Shown: positions 19,232 through 29,298, counted from the stretch's first letter. The stretch: DNA of 64,000 nt from Thermoanaerobaculia bacterium (GCA_963664405.1 OY761158.1:1920001-1984000), one strand, 5' to 3'. Notes: generated from the sequence alone by a model not told the origin. Program-made: numbers and translations.

Positions 19232-19255
19232 GAGGCTAGCCTCGACGGAGGCGGT

Positions 19256-19603
19256 TCAGGCGAAACGACTCTCGAGATAGCTGACGATGTCTTTCGACTC
19301 GTAGAGCCACTCGACCGCGCCATCTTCGCCCTCGATACGAAGGCACGGGACCTGCCGGCTACCTCCCCCTTCGACCAGATCGTCGTAGTGCTCGCGTGAG
19401 CGATGGATGTCGCGTAGCTCGACCTCGAGCCCCAACCGGGTCATGGCGCGCCGTGCGCGCACACAGAAGGGGCAGGTAACAAAGTGGTAGAGAGAGAGCG
19501 TGCCGAGCTCGTCTTCTACTCGCGATTGCTCTTCAGCGCTGCGCTCGACCACCTTCGCCGGCGTGAGGCTGAGCGAGTCCAAGAAGCTTTGAACGATTCC
19601 CAT
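19256..19603 (-). CDS. Glutaredoxin / GST N-terminal domain protein
   Basis: CPFC active site, QVPCL, WLYESKDI. Confidence 0.9.
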   Translation of the reverse strand: MGIVQSFLDSLSLTPAKVVERSAEEQSRVEDELGTLSLYHFVTCPFCVRARRAMTRLGLEVELRDIHRSREHYDDLVEGGGSRQVPCLRIEGEDGAVEWLYESKDIVSYLESRFA

Positions 19604-19743
19604 CGCGAATCCTGTCAAGGATCATAGCTGACGCGAACCGACCGCTGGTGTCGCGACGGGGCGCGTTGGCCCTCGTCGACAAGGGTCTGGTAACTGCGCC
19701 GATACGAGAGCGGGAGTCGATTCGGCGTCCGCGGCTGAGCTGC

Positions 19744-20136
19744 TCAATCCTCCGCGAGGAGACGCTGCGTATCTTCACTGAGGGTGACTCGGCGCTGCTC
19801 GCGGGTATCGAGCCAGACCCAGTGATGCACGAAGCGGGCAATCCGCCGGCCATCGCTCGCGGCTCTGACCTCGAACTCCTGCTCGAAGCCTCGCTCACTC
19901 ACGCTCAGCGTCGTCACCCGAATCGTCGCTCCTTCGTCCCAGATCAAGGGAGCAAAGTAGGTGACTTCGGTCGCCTTCTGCACGGCGTACACATGATCCG
20001 GCTTCGAAATGCCACAATGCCCTTCGAATCCGGCATAGGCCATTTCTGTAAGTGCAAGCAAGACACCAGCATGAACGATGCCCGTCGCACCGAAGGCATC
20101 CGTGTGGCGAGTCGGAAAGGTGATCTCGAAAGCCAT
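19744..20136 (-). CDS. Acyl-CoA thioesterase (hotdog fold, 4HBT/YbgC-like)
   Basis: TDAFGATGIVH motif, 130 aa, divergent from an acyl-CoA ligase. Confidence 0.7.
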   Translation of the reverse strand: MAFEITFPTRHTDAFGATGIVHAGVLLALTEMAYAGFEGHCGISKPDHVYAVQKATEVTYFAPLIWDEGATIRVTTLSVSERGFEQEFEVRAASDGRRIARFVHHWVWLDTREQRRVTLSEDTQRLLAED

Positions 20137-20166
20137 GGTCCGAGTTTACAGAAGGAGTGAAGAGAG

Positions 20167-21633
20167 ATGGGGTTGATGTCAATCGGTCGAATCTTTCAGA
20201 AGCAGGCAGAGGACGACCCGGACCGACCGGCGGTGACCCACGAGTCGAGATCCGTTACCCGTCGCGAGCTCGACCTGCGCACCAACCGACTCGCCCGAGC
20301 CTACGCTGAGTTGGGTGTCAAGCAGGACGATTTCGTCACCATCGCGCTACCCAACGGCGTCGAATTCTACGAAGCGACAATCGCGACCTGGAAGCTGGGC
20401 GCCACCCCACAGCCGGTCTCGGCCCGGATGCCCTTTCTCGAGCGCGACGCCATCATCGATCTCGCGGCACCCTCCCTCATCGTCGGTGTCGAGCCGGGAG
20501 AGCACGGAGACCGGCCCGCTCTGCCGATTGGCTACGAGGCCGACCCCTCGATCTCCGACACTGCGCTGCCCGAGCGCGTCGCCAAGCACTACAAAGCGAT
20601 GACCTCGGGGGGCAGTACCGGCCGGCCCAAGCTGATCGTAGCGGCCGGCCGCGGTGAGATCGACCTCGAGATCGACCACCCGATGCTGATCCTCCCCGAT
20701 CGCACCCATCTGGTGCCGGGACCGCTGTACCACAACGGGCCCTTCGCCTTTTCGATGGGCGCCCTCATACGGGGCAATCACGTTGTCGTCATGACCCGCT
20801 TCGATGCCTTGGAGGCACTGCACCTCATCGAGCACCATGGTGTCGACTATGTCGTTTTCGTGCCGACCATGATGCATCGCATCTTCCGCCTGCCGAAGGA
20901 AGAGCGCGAAGCCATCGACATCTCCTCACTGCGGGTCATGCTGCACGTGGCAGCGCCGTGCCCTGCCTGGCTCAAGGAGGGGTGGATCGAGTGGCTGGGG
21001 GCCGAGCGCATCATCGAGATCTACGGCGGCACCGAAGGCCAGGGAGTGACCTGGATCGATGGCAACGAGTGGCTCGACCATCGAGGCTCGGTGGGCCGTC
21101 CCAAGGAAGGCTGCCGGATGAAGATCCTCGACGAGGAGGGCCGCGAGCTGCCGGCGGGCGAGGTCGGCGAGGTCTTCATGATCCCCGACGAAGGACCGGG
21201 AACTACGTACCACTACCTCGGCGCCGAAGCTCGCGTCAGAGAAGGCTGGGAGTCTTTGGGCGACATCGGCTGGATGGACGAGGACGGATATCTCTATCTC
21301 GCCGACCGGAAATCCGACATGGTGTTGAGTGGCGGCGCCAACATCTACCCCGCCGAAGTCGAGGCCGCTCTCGAAGCGCACCCCCAGGTACGATCGAGCG
21401 CTGTCATCGGCATGCCGGACGACGACCTGGGCCAGCGTGTGCACGCCATCGTCCAGGTCGAAGGCGAGCTCGACGACGAGGAATTGCGCGAACACATGGC
21501 CGAGCGTCTGGTGCGCTACAAGGTGCCTCGCACTTTCGAATACGTCGACGAGCCGCTGCGCGACGATGCCGGCAAAGTGCGGCGATTGGCACTGCGAGCG
21601 GAGCGAATCGCGGCGATCGAGACCTCGGAGTAA
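20167..21633 (+). CDS. AMP-dependent acyl-CoA ligase (BaiB-like)
   Basis: TSGGSTGRPK, PLYHNGP, YGGTEG, GDIGWMDEDGYLYLADRKSDM, NIYPAEVE. Confidence 0.9.
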   Translation: MGLMSIGRIFQKQAEDDPDRPAVTHESRSVTRRELDLRTNRLARAYAELGVKQDDFVTIALPNGVEFYEATIATWKLGATPQPVSARMPFLERDAIIDLAAPSLIVGVEPGEHGDRPALPIGYEADPSISDTALPERVAKHYKAMTSGGSTGRPKLIVAAGRGEIDLEIDHPMLILPDRTHLVPGPLYHNGPFAFSMGALIRGNHVVVMTRFDALEALHLIEHHGVDYVVFVPTMMHRIFRLPKEEREAIDISSLRVMLHVAAPCPAWLKEGWIEWLGAERIIEIYGGTEGQGVTWIDGNEWLDHRGSVGRPKEGCRMKILDEEGRELPAGEVGEVFMIPDEGPGTTYHYLGAEARVREGWESLGDIGWMDEDGYLYLADRKSDMVLSGGANIYPAEVEAALEAHPQVRSSAVIGMPDDDLGQRVHAIVQVEGELDDEELREHMAERLVRYKVPRTFEYVDEPLRDDAGKVRRLALRAERIAAIETSE

Positions 21634-21777
21634 TGGACCAACTTAGCCGCGATACCACCGGAGAGCACGAGGGCCCCGAGGCTCACGTGCGAGAGGGCGG
21701 TGGACACGTAGCTGTAGGAGTTCAAGGGCAGACGGAGTAAGAGAGGGGGAGCTCTCTCTTCTGTTGCCCTACAGGGC

Positions 21778-23811
21778 TCAACCCTGGTCTCCCGCGCTCA
21801 CCGGTTCTACTCCCGCGCCGGCATCTTCCCGCGAAACTACGTGGCCAAGGTACGGGCGCCCTTCTCTGTAGAGCTGAAGCCGCTGCCTGATTCCACGGAC
21901 AACCGGATCCTGCTGTGCGCGCTGAGCGATCTCGAGCGCCTCGCCGGCGATCCTCTGCGCGGCCTCGAAGTCACCCGAGACGGCATGTGCGGCGGCGAGG
22001 GTGTCTAGCGCGAATGAGTCCTCTCGCGAGCTCAGCGCGACACCCTCGGTGGCGAGCCGAACCGCTTCGGTCGGATGCCTTATGGCCTCGTCAGGATGGA
22101 TCGCAAGAACTCTGGCTGCCGCGGTCCAGGGCACAGACCACGAAGGCTCGAGCGCTCTCGCCGCCTCAAAGTGAGCCAGCGCCTCGCCTGGCAGCCCGCT
22201 CGCGAGCCGCGCCCGCGCCAAGCCGTAGTGCGCCTTCGCAAGAGAGGGGCGTGCGTCTTCAAACGAGGGCTGGAGCTCGAGCGCAGCCGAGAAACTCGCG
22301 ATCGCTGCTTCGAGCTCGCCGCTCTCCTCATGGATGCGGGCGAGGTCAAAGTAGAGCCCTGCGCTTTGCGGATTGCGTGTGAGCGCTCGCCGGTAAGGGT
22401 CGAGCGCCCCAGCGCTGTCGCCTCGACTGAGGTGAAAGAAGTAGTAGTAGCGCGTCCGCACACGTAGATCCGGACCGATGAACCGCCGACCCAGTTGCTC
22501 CGATACCGAGTCGAGAAGCGGCCGCTCCTCGGCCCACGCGCTGAGATTTGCCAGTACCGGGCTGACAACGCCCGCCAGACCCGGAGTTGGCGTCTCCGGC
22601 TCGTCGATCGGCGGCCACGGATGGTATGCACCGAGAAGCGCGAGTGGGATCGAGACCACGAGGGCTGCTCCGAACAGCCATTTGCTACGCCGTGTCAGCA
22701 CCCGAGGTGCGAAGAAGAGCAACAACGGCACCAGCGGGATCAAGTAGCGATAGCCGTAGGACCAGCCGCCGAACGAGCGAATGAAGAGTAGGTGACCGGC
22801 AGCTGTAGCGAGGGTGGCGACTCCGAGGGCGCGGCTGACGGGGATCTCGAGCGGACCGCCGCCGCGAGCCGCGGCCACCATACCGAAAGCGCCGAAAAGA
22901 AGCACCGGAGACACCGAGAAGAAGCCATGCCACCCGAGCAGCGCAGCAAAGAGATGGCCAGGACTCGCGGGTCGCAGGCTTATAGGCACGTTGAGTTGAA
23001 GGGCGTCATCACCGTACTCGAAGACGCTACTGTGATCGACGGCCCCAGGCACCATTTTCGGCGGCAGTGGGGAGCCTACGATAGCGAGATTGGCCGAGAG
23101 AAAGAGGATGGCGCCGGCTACGAGGGCAAGAAGGGCGCGCCCAAGATCCGCCCGCTGTCCCTGGCGGCGAACGATGAACAGCACGGCAGGGACGAAAACT
23201 AGCCCGGGCACGAGATCGACACACGCGGTCAGCGCCGTCCAAACACCGGCGGCGAGACCCCGTCCCTCCCATGCGCTCCGGCACGCCAGGAACAGCAGCA
23301 GTGCCGCGACGGGGTGGTTGCTGAAGGTGGTCGTGAAACTAGTGAGAATCGTGCCGGCAGCGACTGCGCAGGTGGTCAAGAAACGCGCCGGTGTGTCGAC
23401 GCGCTCGTAGACCCCGAGCGAAGTCCAGAACACGGCGCTGAGACAGGCGGTGGGAACGGCGATCACAAACAAAGTAAGCAGGTAGACGACGACCCGCTCG
23501 TTGGCCGAGAAGTCGAGGCCGAGAGTCGTCTTTACGACGAAGTAGACGGCCGCTCCGAAGAGGCTGAGCAGGGGAGGTTTATTGCTGTAGTCCTTGCCGT
23601 CAATCGTCACCCGGTCAACGGTCCAGCCATAGCGCGAAGAGTCGATCGACGACTCTCCATAATCCACCAGTGACTCGATCTGGGCGAAGCGGGAAGCATC
23701 GTTGCCTCCGCCGAAGACCCTGCTGTGGACCAACGGCGCCAGACAGACGAGAGTCAGAGCAAACGCGAGAAAGGCACCAGGCCGCGAGCTGACGATCGAT
23801 CTGGAAACCAC
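21778..23811 (-). CDS. Multi-pass membrane GT-C-like protein with C-terminal TPR repeats
   Basis: NDASR, YSNKPP, GFFSVSP and GGWSYGYRYL motifs, many TM helices, TPRs. Confidence 0.65.
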   Translation of the reverse strand: MVSRSIVSSRPGAFLAFALTLVCLAPLVHSRVFGGGNDASRFAQIESLVDYGESSIDSSRYGWTVDRVTIDGKDYSNKPPLLSLFGAAVYFVVKTTLGLDFSANERVVVYLLTLFVIAVPTACLSAVFWTSLGVYERVDTPARFLTTCAVAAGTILTSFTTTFSNHPVAALLLFLACRSAWEGRGLAAGVWTALTACVDLVPGLVFVPAVLFIVRRQGQRADLGRALLALVAGAILFLSANLAIVGSPLPPKMVPGAVDHSSVFEYGDDALQLNVPISLRPASPGHLFAALLGWHGFFSVSPVLLFGAFGMVAAARGGGPLEIPVSRALGVATLATAAGHLLFIRSFGGWSYGYRYLIPLVPLLLFFAPRVLTRRSKWLFGAALVVSIPLALLGAYHPWPPIDEPETPTPGLAGVVSPVLANLSAWAEERPLLDSVSEQLGRRFIGPDLRVRTRYYYFFHLSRGDSAGALDPYRRALTRNPQSAGLYFDLARIHEESGELEAAIASFSAALELQPSFEDARPSLAKAHYGLARARLASGLPGEALAHFEAARALEPSWSVPWTAAARVLAIHPDEAIRHPTEAVRLATEGVALSSREDSFALDTLAAAHAVSGDFEAAQRIAGEALEIAQRAQQDPVVRGIRQRLQLYREGRPYLGHVVSREDAGAGVEPVSAGDQG

Positions 23812-23839
23812 GAAAGGCCTGCACGCGGCGCTGCCGGCG

Positions 23840-24387
23840 CTACATAAATCCGAGTTGGAGGCGCACGGCTTCCGACATCATGTCCGGGTTCCAAGGCGGG
23901 TCGAAAAGCAACTCGATCTGCGCCCGACGCACGTCGGCAAGCTCCTCGAGCTTGCGCCGTACATCTTCTACCAGTACCGGCCCCATCCCGCAGCCCGGCG
24001 CCGTCAGGGTCATCTTGACAGCTATGTCTTGCAGCCCTTCCGAGGTGTCACCGAAGCTGCAGTCGTAGATCAGGCCGAGCTCGACCACATTGGCCGGAAT
24101 CTCCGGATCGTAGACGGTTCGCAGCAGCGCCCATTCGCGCTCTTCGAGAGTACCTTCAGGCGCGCGCTCTGCACTCCCGGCCTTGGCCGTGTCGCTCTCG
24201 TCAACTCCAAGAACATCGGCGTGGCTCGAAGCGATCCTCAACATCTGACCGAAGTCCGTCACACGGTGATGCTGCCGCCGAGGGCCTGGGTGATACGTAC
24301 CGGCGTGCCCTCGTTGAGCAGAACAGGATGACCGTCAGGGATCTGGATGGCCTCGACGTCGCGGTTTACGATGACCTGTTGATGCAT
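23840..24387 (-). pseudogene. sufT: SufT Fe-S cluster assembly protein with one frameshift near 24262 (possibly a sequencing error)
   Basis: MHQQVIVNRDVEAIQIPDG..QALGGSITV, then after the shift VTDFGQMLRI..YDPEIPANVVELGLIY..TLTAPGCGMG..FDPPW. Confidence 0.8.
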
Positions 24388-24773
24388 TTACGCTCGTCTC
24401 CTCGGGAGCGAATGCTAGCACGCGGGTGCGCCCCTCAGCGCGCAGTCACAGGCTCGGCGACCCCGGCCAGTCCCTCGGCAAGGCTCTCCGCCTCGAGCAC
24501 CCGCAGATCGCCATCCCCGAGCAGATTCCCGTCGACGACTTCGTAGAGCATGGGGCTCTCGAGCCCCTTGAGATCCGCCAATCCCAGCTTTCGCAGGCCG
24601 ATCTCCACCTTCTCTCCTGCGTCCTGAATCTCGGTGATGATGAGGGTCCTATCCGTAGTTTCAAAGCTGCGCAGAGGAAGTGGAGGGATCAAGTCGTCGA
24701 GGTTTCGAATCAACGGCGCGGTCGCTACGATGCCATTGTTCAGCAGCTGGCCGGAAGGAGAGAGGGAAACAAG

Positions 24774-25289
24774 AACCCGCTGCAGATTCTCCACGACCGC
24801 GCCCACCTCGTGCCTGGTCCGCTCTACCACAATGCTCCCTTCGCCTTTTCGATGGGCGGCCTCATACGCGGCAACCACGTGATCGTCATGACCCGCTTCG
24901 ATGCCCTCGAGGCCGACATCGGCTGGATGGACGAGGACGGATATCTCTATCTCGCCGACCGGCAATCCGACATGGTGTTGAGTGGCGGCGCCAACATCTA
25001 CCCCGCAGAGATCGAGTCCGCTCTCGATGCTCACCCCCAAGTGAGGTCGAGTGCGGTGATCGGCATGCCCGACGATGACTTGGGCCAGCGCTTGCACGCC
25101 ATCGTCCAGGTTGAGGGTCAGCTCACCGACGACGACCTGCGCGAACACATGGCGGAGCGTCTGGTGCGCTACAAGGTGCCGCGCACTTTCGAGTACGTCG
25201 ACGAGCCGCTGCGTGACGATGCCGGCAAGATGCGACGATCGGAGCTGCTGGCGGAGCGGATCGCAGCGATGGAGAAGACCTCGGAGTAG
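24774..25289 (+). pseudogene. Truncated, internally deleted paralogue of the 20167 acyl-CoA ligase
   Basis: HLVPGPLYHN..TRFDALEA fused directly to DIGWMDEDG..; lacks the N-terminus and 148 internal codons. Confidence 0.85.
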
Positions 25290-25293
25290 GGCT

Positions 25294-26647
25294 CTACCCG
25301 GTCGGAGACGCCCCGCCCGGCTCCGCGGCCATCCACCACGACTCGATCCCGGGGTAGAAGAGAATCGGCCCGGAGGCGGAGAGCTCGACCCCGCGCAGCT
25401 TGTTGCTGAACGCCCACAGCAGGTTGTAGTCGTAGATCCAGGGGGTCGGCTGATCGTCGTAGAGGATATCTTCTGGATCTCCTGGTAGAGCGGACGACGC
25501 TCTTCGCGGTCCAATACGGAGCGGGCCTGCTCGAAGAGCTCGTCGACTCTCGGGTTCGAGTAGCCGCCCCAGTTGTAGCCGCTGTCGTAGCCCTCGGTAG
25601 TCCAATAGATCGACCACTCGTCGGGGTCGCTGGTGACCTCGACCACATTGATGAAGGCATCGAACTCGTGGGAGCGCAGGCTTTCACCCCGAAGCTCCGG
25701 AAACCCTCGTCGTTGGTCTGGGTCGCAAACTGTTGGCCGGAGAGGTTGATCTCGTCGAGCTCCCCCTTCTTGAACAGCAGGAGAGCGACGTTGGTGTCGG
25801 GGATGACTCTGAGCACCTGTCGTTTGAAGCGGGCCTTCTCGAAGGGATAGTCGTCCCAGCGCTCCACCACCACCTTGTCGTTGTTGTGCCACTCGACGAA
25901 ACGGTAGGGGCCGCTGCCGACGATCTTTCGCCGCGCACGGTCGCTGTAAAACGTACTACTGCGCATGCTCGGATCGCTCGCGCGCTCCGCCGGGTTGTCG
26001 AACTCATGCTTGGGGATGACCGGGAACGACATGTCCCGCAATCGGGTCGGCAGCGCATCGTGGTGGCGGTACTCGACGGTGTGGTCGTCGAGGGCCCGCA
26101 CCGAGGCCAGACGCTCGGCGCTGCGCTTGTAAAAGAGCGCAGGGACACTGTCGTCCGAGATCACTTCGAAGCTGAAGGCGATGTCGTGTGCGGTCCAGGG
26201 GGTGCCATCATGCCAACGCGCCTCGGGTCGCAGCTTCAAAGTGAAAGTCCTGTGATTCTCCGACTCCTCCCAGGACTCGACCACCGTCGGATTGATCTCG
26301 GTCACCAGCTCCCTATTGCGCCGAATCGGGTTGAGGAACAACAGGAAGTGCATGTAGTGGTCTTGCCACGGCACGTTGAAGATCGGATTGAGCGTGGTCG
26401 GGTCGCCGCCGATGTGACGCTTCAGCGTCGCGTCGTGGTCGACGAGATCGGGGTTGTCGACCGGATAGGGATCGAAGAGGAAGCTGGGATTGACCAGCTC
26501 ATCCTGGAGTGGGTCGTAGACTGGTGCCGACTCGGCAGGGCGGCGCCCTGGTACCTCAGAGGAGCAGGCTAGAGCCAGCGCGGCAGACCCAAAGATCACC
26601 GACCAAGTGAGCCATGGTCTCTCGCGGGTGGCTCGACCATCGAACAT
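25294..26647 (-). pseudogene. ABC peptide/nickel-type substrate-binding lipoprotein, disrupted (deletion/frameshift near 25680, frameshift near 25470)
   Basis: Lipobox ALAC, WHDGTPWTAHD, GSGPYRF; C-terminal GYSNPRVDEL and ILYDDQP lie in other frames. Confidence 0.8.
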
Positions 26648-26656
26648 CTTCTTAGG

Positions 26657-27046
26657 CTATACCAGCTCCACATCGGCGTCGTGCGGCGCTACGGCCAGTC
26701 GCCGGTCGCGCGTCAGGAGGGTGGCGTCGAGCGTCTCCGCTAAAGCAACGTAGGCCGCGTCGTAGGCCGTCAGATTCGCCCGCAGCTGCCAGATCCGCGG
26801 CAGCAACAACCGATGTGAGTAGCGCTCGACAGCGATGTCGGAGAGATCCCTCAACAAAGCCGCCCCTCGAACTTCATCGAGATCGCCGAGTCGCTCGTAG
26901 CGACGTACGACCTGCGCCACCTCGATGTCGAGCAGCTCCGGAGCGTGCAACGTCTCTTCACCCTCGAAGATCCGCCTGGCTATGTCGACGCCCGAGTCAG
27001 TCAGCATCAGTAGCTCGACCAGAGCGGACGCATCGATGACGATCAC
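26657..27046 (-). CDS. vapC: VapC PIN-domain toxin
   Basis: MIVIDASA..LTAYDAAYVALAE..LLTRDRRL. Confidence 0.9.
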   Translation of the reverse strand: MIVIDASALVELLMLTDSGVDIARRIFEGEETLHAPELLDIEVAQVVRRYERLGDLDEVRGAALLRDLSDIAVERYSHRLLLPRIWQLRANLTAYDAAYVALAETLDATLLTRDRRLAVAPHDADVELV

Positions 27047-27273
27047 CGAGAATCTCTGATCTCGCGCACGATCTCGGCGACGGGAGTGCTGGGTGAGACC
27101 GGCGTGCGAGAGCCGAGGCGCTCCAGGAACTCTTCCGGTGTCGGACGATCTGAAGACTTCCGAATCTCGGCAAGTAGGTAGTCCGAAAGGGTCATCCCCG
27201 CTTGCGCCGCTCGCGCCTTGAGCGTGCGATGAAGAGAATCGGGCACGTTCCTGATCTGAATCATCTTTGACAT
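27043..27273 (-). CDS. FitA-like RHH antitoxin
   Basis: MIQIRNVPDSLHRTLKARAAQAGMTLSDYL; overlaps the vapC start. Confidence 0.85.
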   Translation of the reverse strand: MSKMIQIRNVPDSLHRTLKARAAQAGMTLSDYLLAEIRKSSDRPTPEEFLERLGSRTPVSPSTPVAEIVREIRDSR

Positions 27274-27380
27274 GTAATAACGATATTCACATGTGGTCAA
27301 CATGTCAAAGTCGGTCACCTCACTGAAAAAGGGTCAGGAAGGCCCGCGTTTGATGTAGCCAGCAGTCGAGAAACCGGCTC

Positions 27381-27776
27381 TCAGCCGTCGAAGGGGTTGA
27401 CCACAGGAATCCCGCACCCCTCGAAGTCGGCAATGTTGCGAGTGGCGAGGGCCAGCTGGTGAACCTGCGACGTCGCGGCGATAAGCATGTCGGCCTGGGT
27501 TCGCTGGCGTCCCGCGCTGCGGAACGTGCCTCGCAGTTGGCCGGCGCGACGCGCGATGCCTTCGGTCACGGGCAAAACGACGCAGCCGTCTGCGAGAAAG
27601 CTTGAGAACCAGGCCTCGATCTCGTCATTGGGTCGCCAGGAGAGGCCGTAGCTAACCTCCTCGAGCGTGACTACGCTGATCGAGAGGGGCAACGAAACGG
27701 CTCGGGCCCACCGCACCACACTCGGATCAGGAACCGGACGAGCGAGCTCGCTCAACACATTGGTGTCAACGAGCAT
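27381..27776 (-). CDS. vapC: VapC PIN-domain toxin
   Basis: LVDTNVLSE..ADMLIAAT..LATRNIADF..NPF. Confidence 0.9.
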   Translation of the reverse strand: MLVDTNVLSELARPVPDPSVVRWARAVSLPLSISVVTLEEVSYGLSWRPNDEIEAWFSSFLADGCVVLPVTEGIARRAGQLRGTFRSAGRQRTQADMLIAATSQVHQLALATRNIADFEGCGIPVVNPFDG

Positions 27777-28054
27777 CAGCAATCCTGGTCGTCCCAACCA
27801 ACCCGATCCCGACGTTCCCCGGTGTCGAGCTCGTAGTCGTAACGAGCGCAAAGCTCACGGATCTCGTCGCACGCATCCCCGAGTGTGCGCCGGTGTCTGG
27901 CCTCCTGCCAGCGCAGAAACTCGCAAAAGACGTCAGCGGAGATCACGGCCGCCACCAGCCGATTACGCCGATAGATCTGCTGTGGCTCGGCCTCGCTCCG
28001 TCTCAGCACCTCCGAGAACTGCTGCTTCGCCTCTCCTGTCAGCCATCTGCTCAT
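27776..28054 (-). CDS. Phd/YefM family antitoxin
   Basis: EAKQQFSEVLRR..EPQQI.RRNRLVAAVI; TGATG coupling to vapC. Confidence 0.85.
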   Translation of the reverse strand: MSRWLTGEAKQQFSEVLRRSEAEPQQIYRRNRLVAAVISADVFCEFLRWQEARHRRTLGDACDEIRELCARYDYELDTGERRDRVGWDDQDC

Positions 28055-28086
28055 CTTGTCTATATTAGACTCCTTTTATAGACAAG
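28055..28086. promoter_or_regulatory. Palindromic operator CTTGTCTATA-N12-TATAGACAAG (likely antitoxin autoregulation)
   Basis: Perfect 10-bp inverted repeat abutting the antitoxin start. Confidence 0.6.
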
Positions 28087-28094
28087 TCGAGCAC

Positions 28095-28523
28095 TCAGTC
28101 CGAGACACCAGAAACAGCGCTCACCTGCTCTAGCGGCACCCGAACGAGAACCTCCCCTTCAACCGCGTTTCTCTTGCCGTAGACGTCCGCACGCTCCTCG
28201 CCGACGTATCTCGCAGCGATCCGTCTGGACCAGGGGAAGAGCTCTTCGGGGCTGAGCTCCTCGATCGTTGCGCTTCCCTGAATCAAGACAAACGCATAGG
28301 GAAACGACTCTTCATCGACGCTGATCATGACCCGCGGGTCGCGGCTCATGTTCTTGCCCTTGACCGTGCTCAGCCCGGTCATGAAGACCAGCTCGTCCTG
28401 ATCGACGACAAACCACACCGGTGCCACGTGGGGCCGCCCGTCCGAGCGCACCGTCGCCAGCTTGGCGGTTCGACGGCCTCGATCGAGAAAGGCGCGCCAC
28501 TCTTCAGGCTCCATTTGCTTCAT
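28095..28523 (-). CDS. PPOX-class (F420-dependent type) oxidoreductase
   Basis: TAKLATVRSDGRPHVAPVWF..KGKNMSRDPRV. Confidence 0.85.
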   Translation of the reverse strand: MKQMEPEEWRAFLDRGRRTAKLATVRSDGRPHVAPVWFVVDQDELVFMTGLSTVKGKNMSRDPRVMISVDEESFPYAFVLIQGSATIEELSPEELFPWSRRIAARYVGEERADVYGKRNAVEGEVLVRVPLEQVSAVSGVSD

Positions 28524-28633
28524 GCTCACTCCTTCCTCAAACGATCCAGGTTCCATGCCCCCGACGTAACCCATGGGGGGCGGAGATACAATAGCTCTTC
28601 CCCCTCGCCTCCAAAAGACTCGCTCTAGCTGAT

Positions 28634-29203
28634 ATGGCGACCCCATCTCATCAGATCACTCAGATCCTCGACGCAATGGGTTCCGGCGACTCGGATGCCG
28701 CGGACAGGCTCCTTCCCCTCGTCTACGACGAGCTGCGCGGCATCGCCAGGGCCTTCATGGCGAAGGAGAAGCCCGGCCAGACTCTCCAGCCGACCGCTCT
28801 GGTTCACGAAGCCTACATCCGTCTCTTGGGTAAGGACGCTCCACGCTGGGACAACCGGGCCCACTTCTTCACCGCCGCCGCCGAGGCGATGCGCCGCATC
28901 CTGATCGAGAACGCGCGCCACAAGACGGCCCTCAAAAGGGGCGGCGACCAGCTGCGCATCACCCTCGGTGATGTCGCCGACGGAGAGTCCGCCCGCTTCG
29001 AGGAGTTGCTGGCCCTCGACGAGGCGCTCCAGCGGCTCGAGGAGAGAGACGCGGCGATGGCTCAGGTGGTCAAGCTGCGCTACTTCGCCGGGCTGACCGT
29101 CGAGGAGACGGCGAAAGCACTCGACACTTCCCCGCGTTCGGTCAACCGCCATTGGACGGCGGCGCGGGCCTGGCTGCGGAGAGAGTTGTCGAGCGCGAGC
29201 TAA
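28634..29203 (+). CDS. ECF sigma factor (TIGR02999/ECF43-like), copy 2
   Basis: LLPLVYDELR, QTLQPTALVHEAYIRL, VVKLRYFAGLT, HWTAARAWL. Confidence 0.93.
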   Translation: MATPSHQITQILDAMGSGDSDAADRLLPLVYDELRGIARAFMAKEKPGQTLQPTALVHEAYIRLLGKDAPRWDNRAHFFTAAAEAMRRILIENARHKTALKRGGDQLRITLGDVADGESARFEELLALDEALQRLEERDAAMAQVVKLRYFAGLTVEETAKALDTSPRSVNRHWTAARAWLRRELSSAS

Positions 29204-29225
29204 GACCTCTGCCTCCGGGCAGAGT

Positions 29226-29256
29226 TGGCGTACAACGCGGCAAATCTGCGCATGTA
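29226..29256 (+). promoter_or_regulatory. Putative ECF promoter TGGCG-N18-CGCATG upstream of kinase 2
   Basis: Lies in the sigma-kinase intergenic gap; shared motif. Confidence 0.6.
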
Positions 29257-29298
29257 AGTGTGGAGCGGCCTCAGCAGAGACCCGCTGCTAGACTCGTC

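Noticed and set aside
26657-28054. Integron cassette array of TA genes
   Set aside because: No attC-like sites or integron integrase were recognised.
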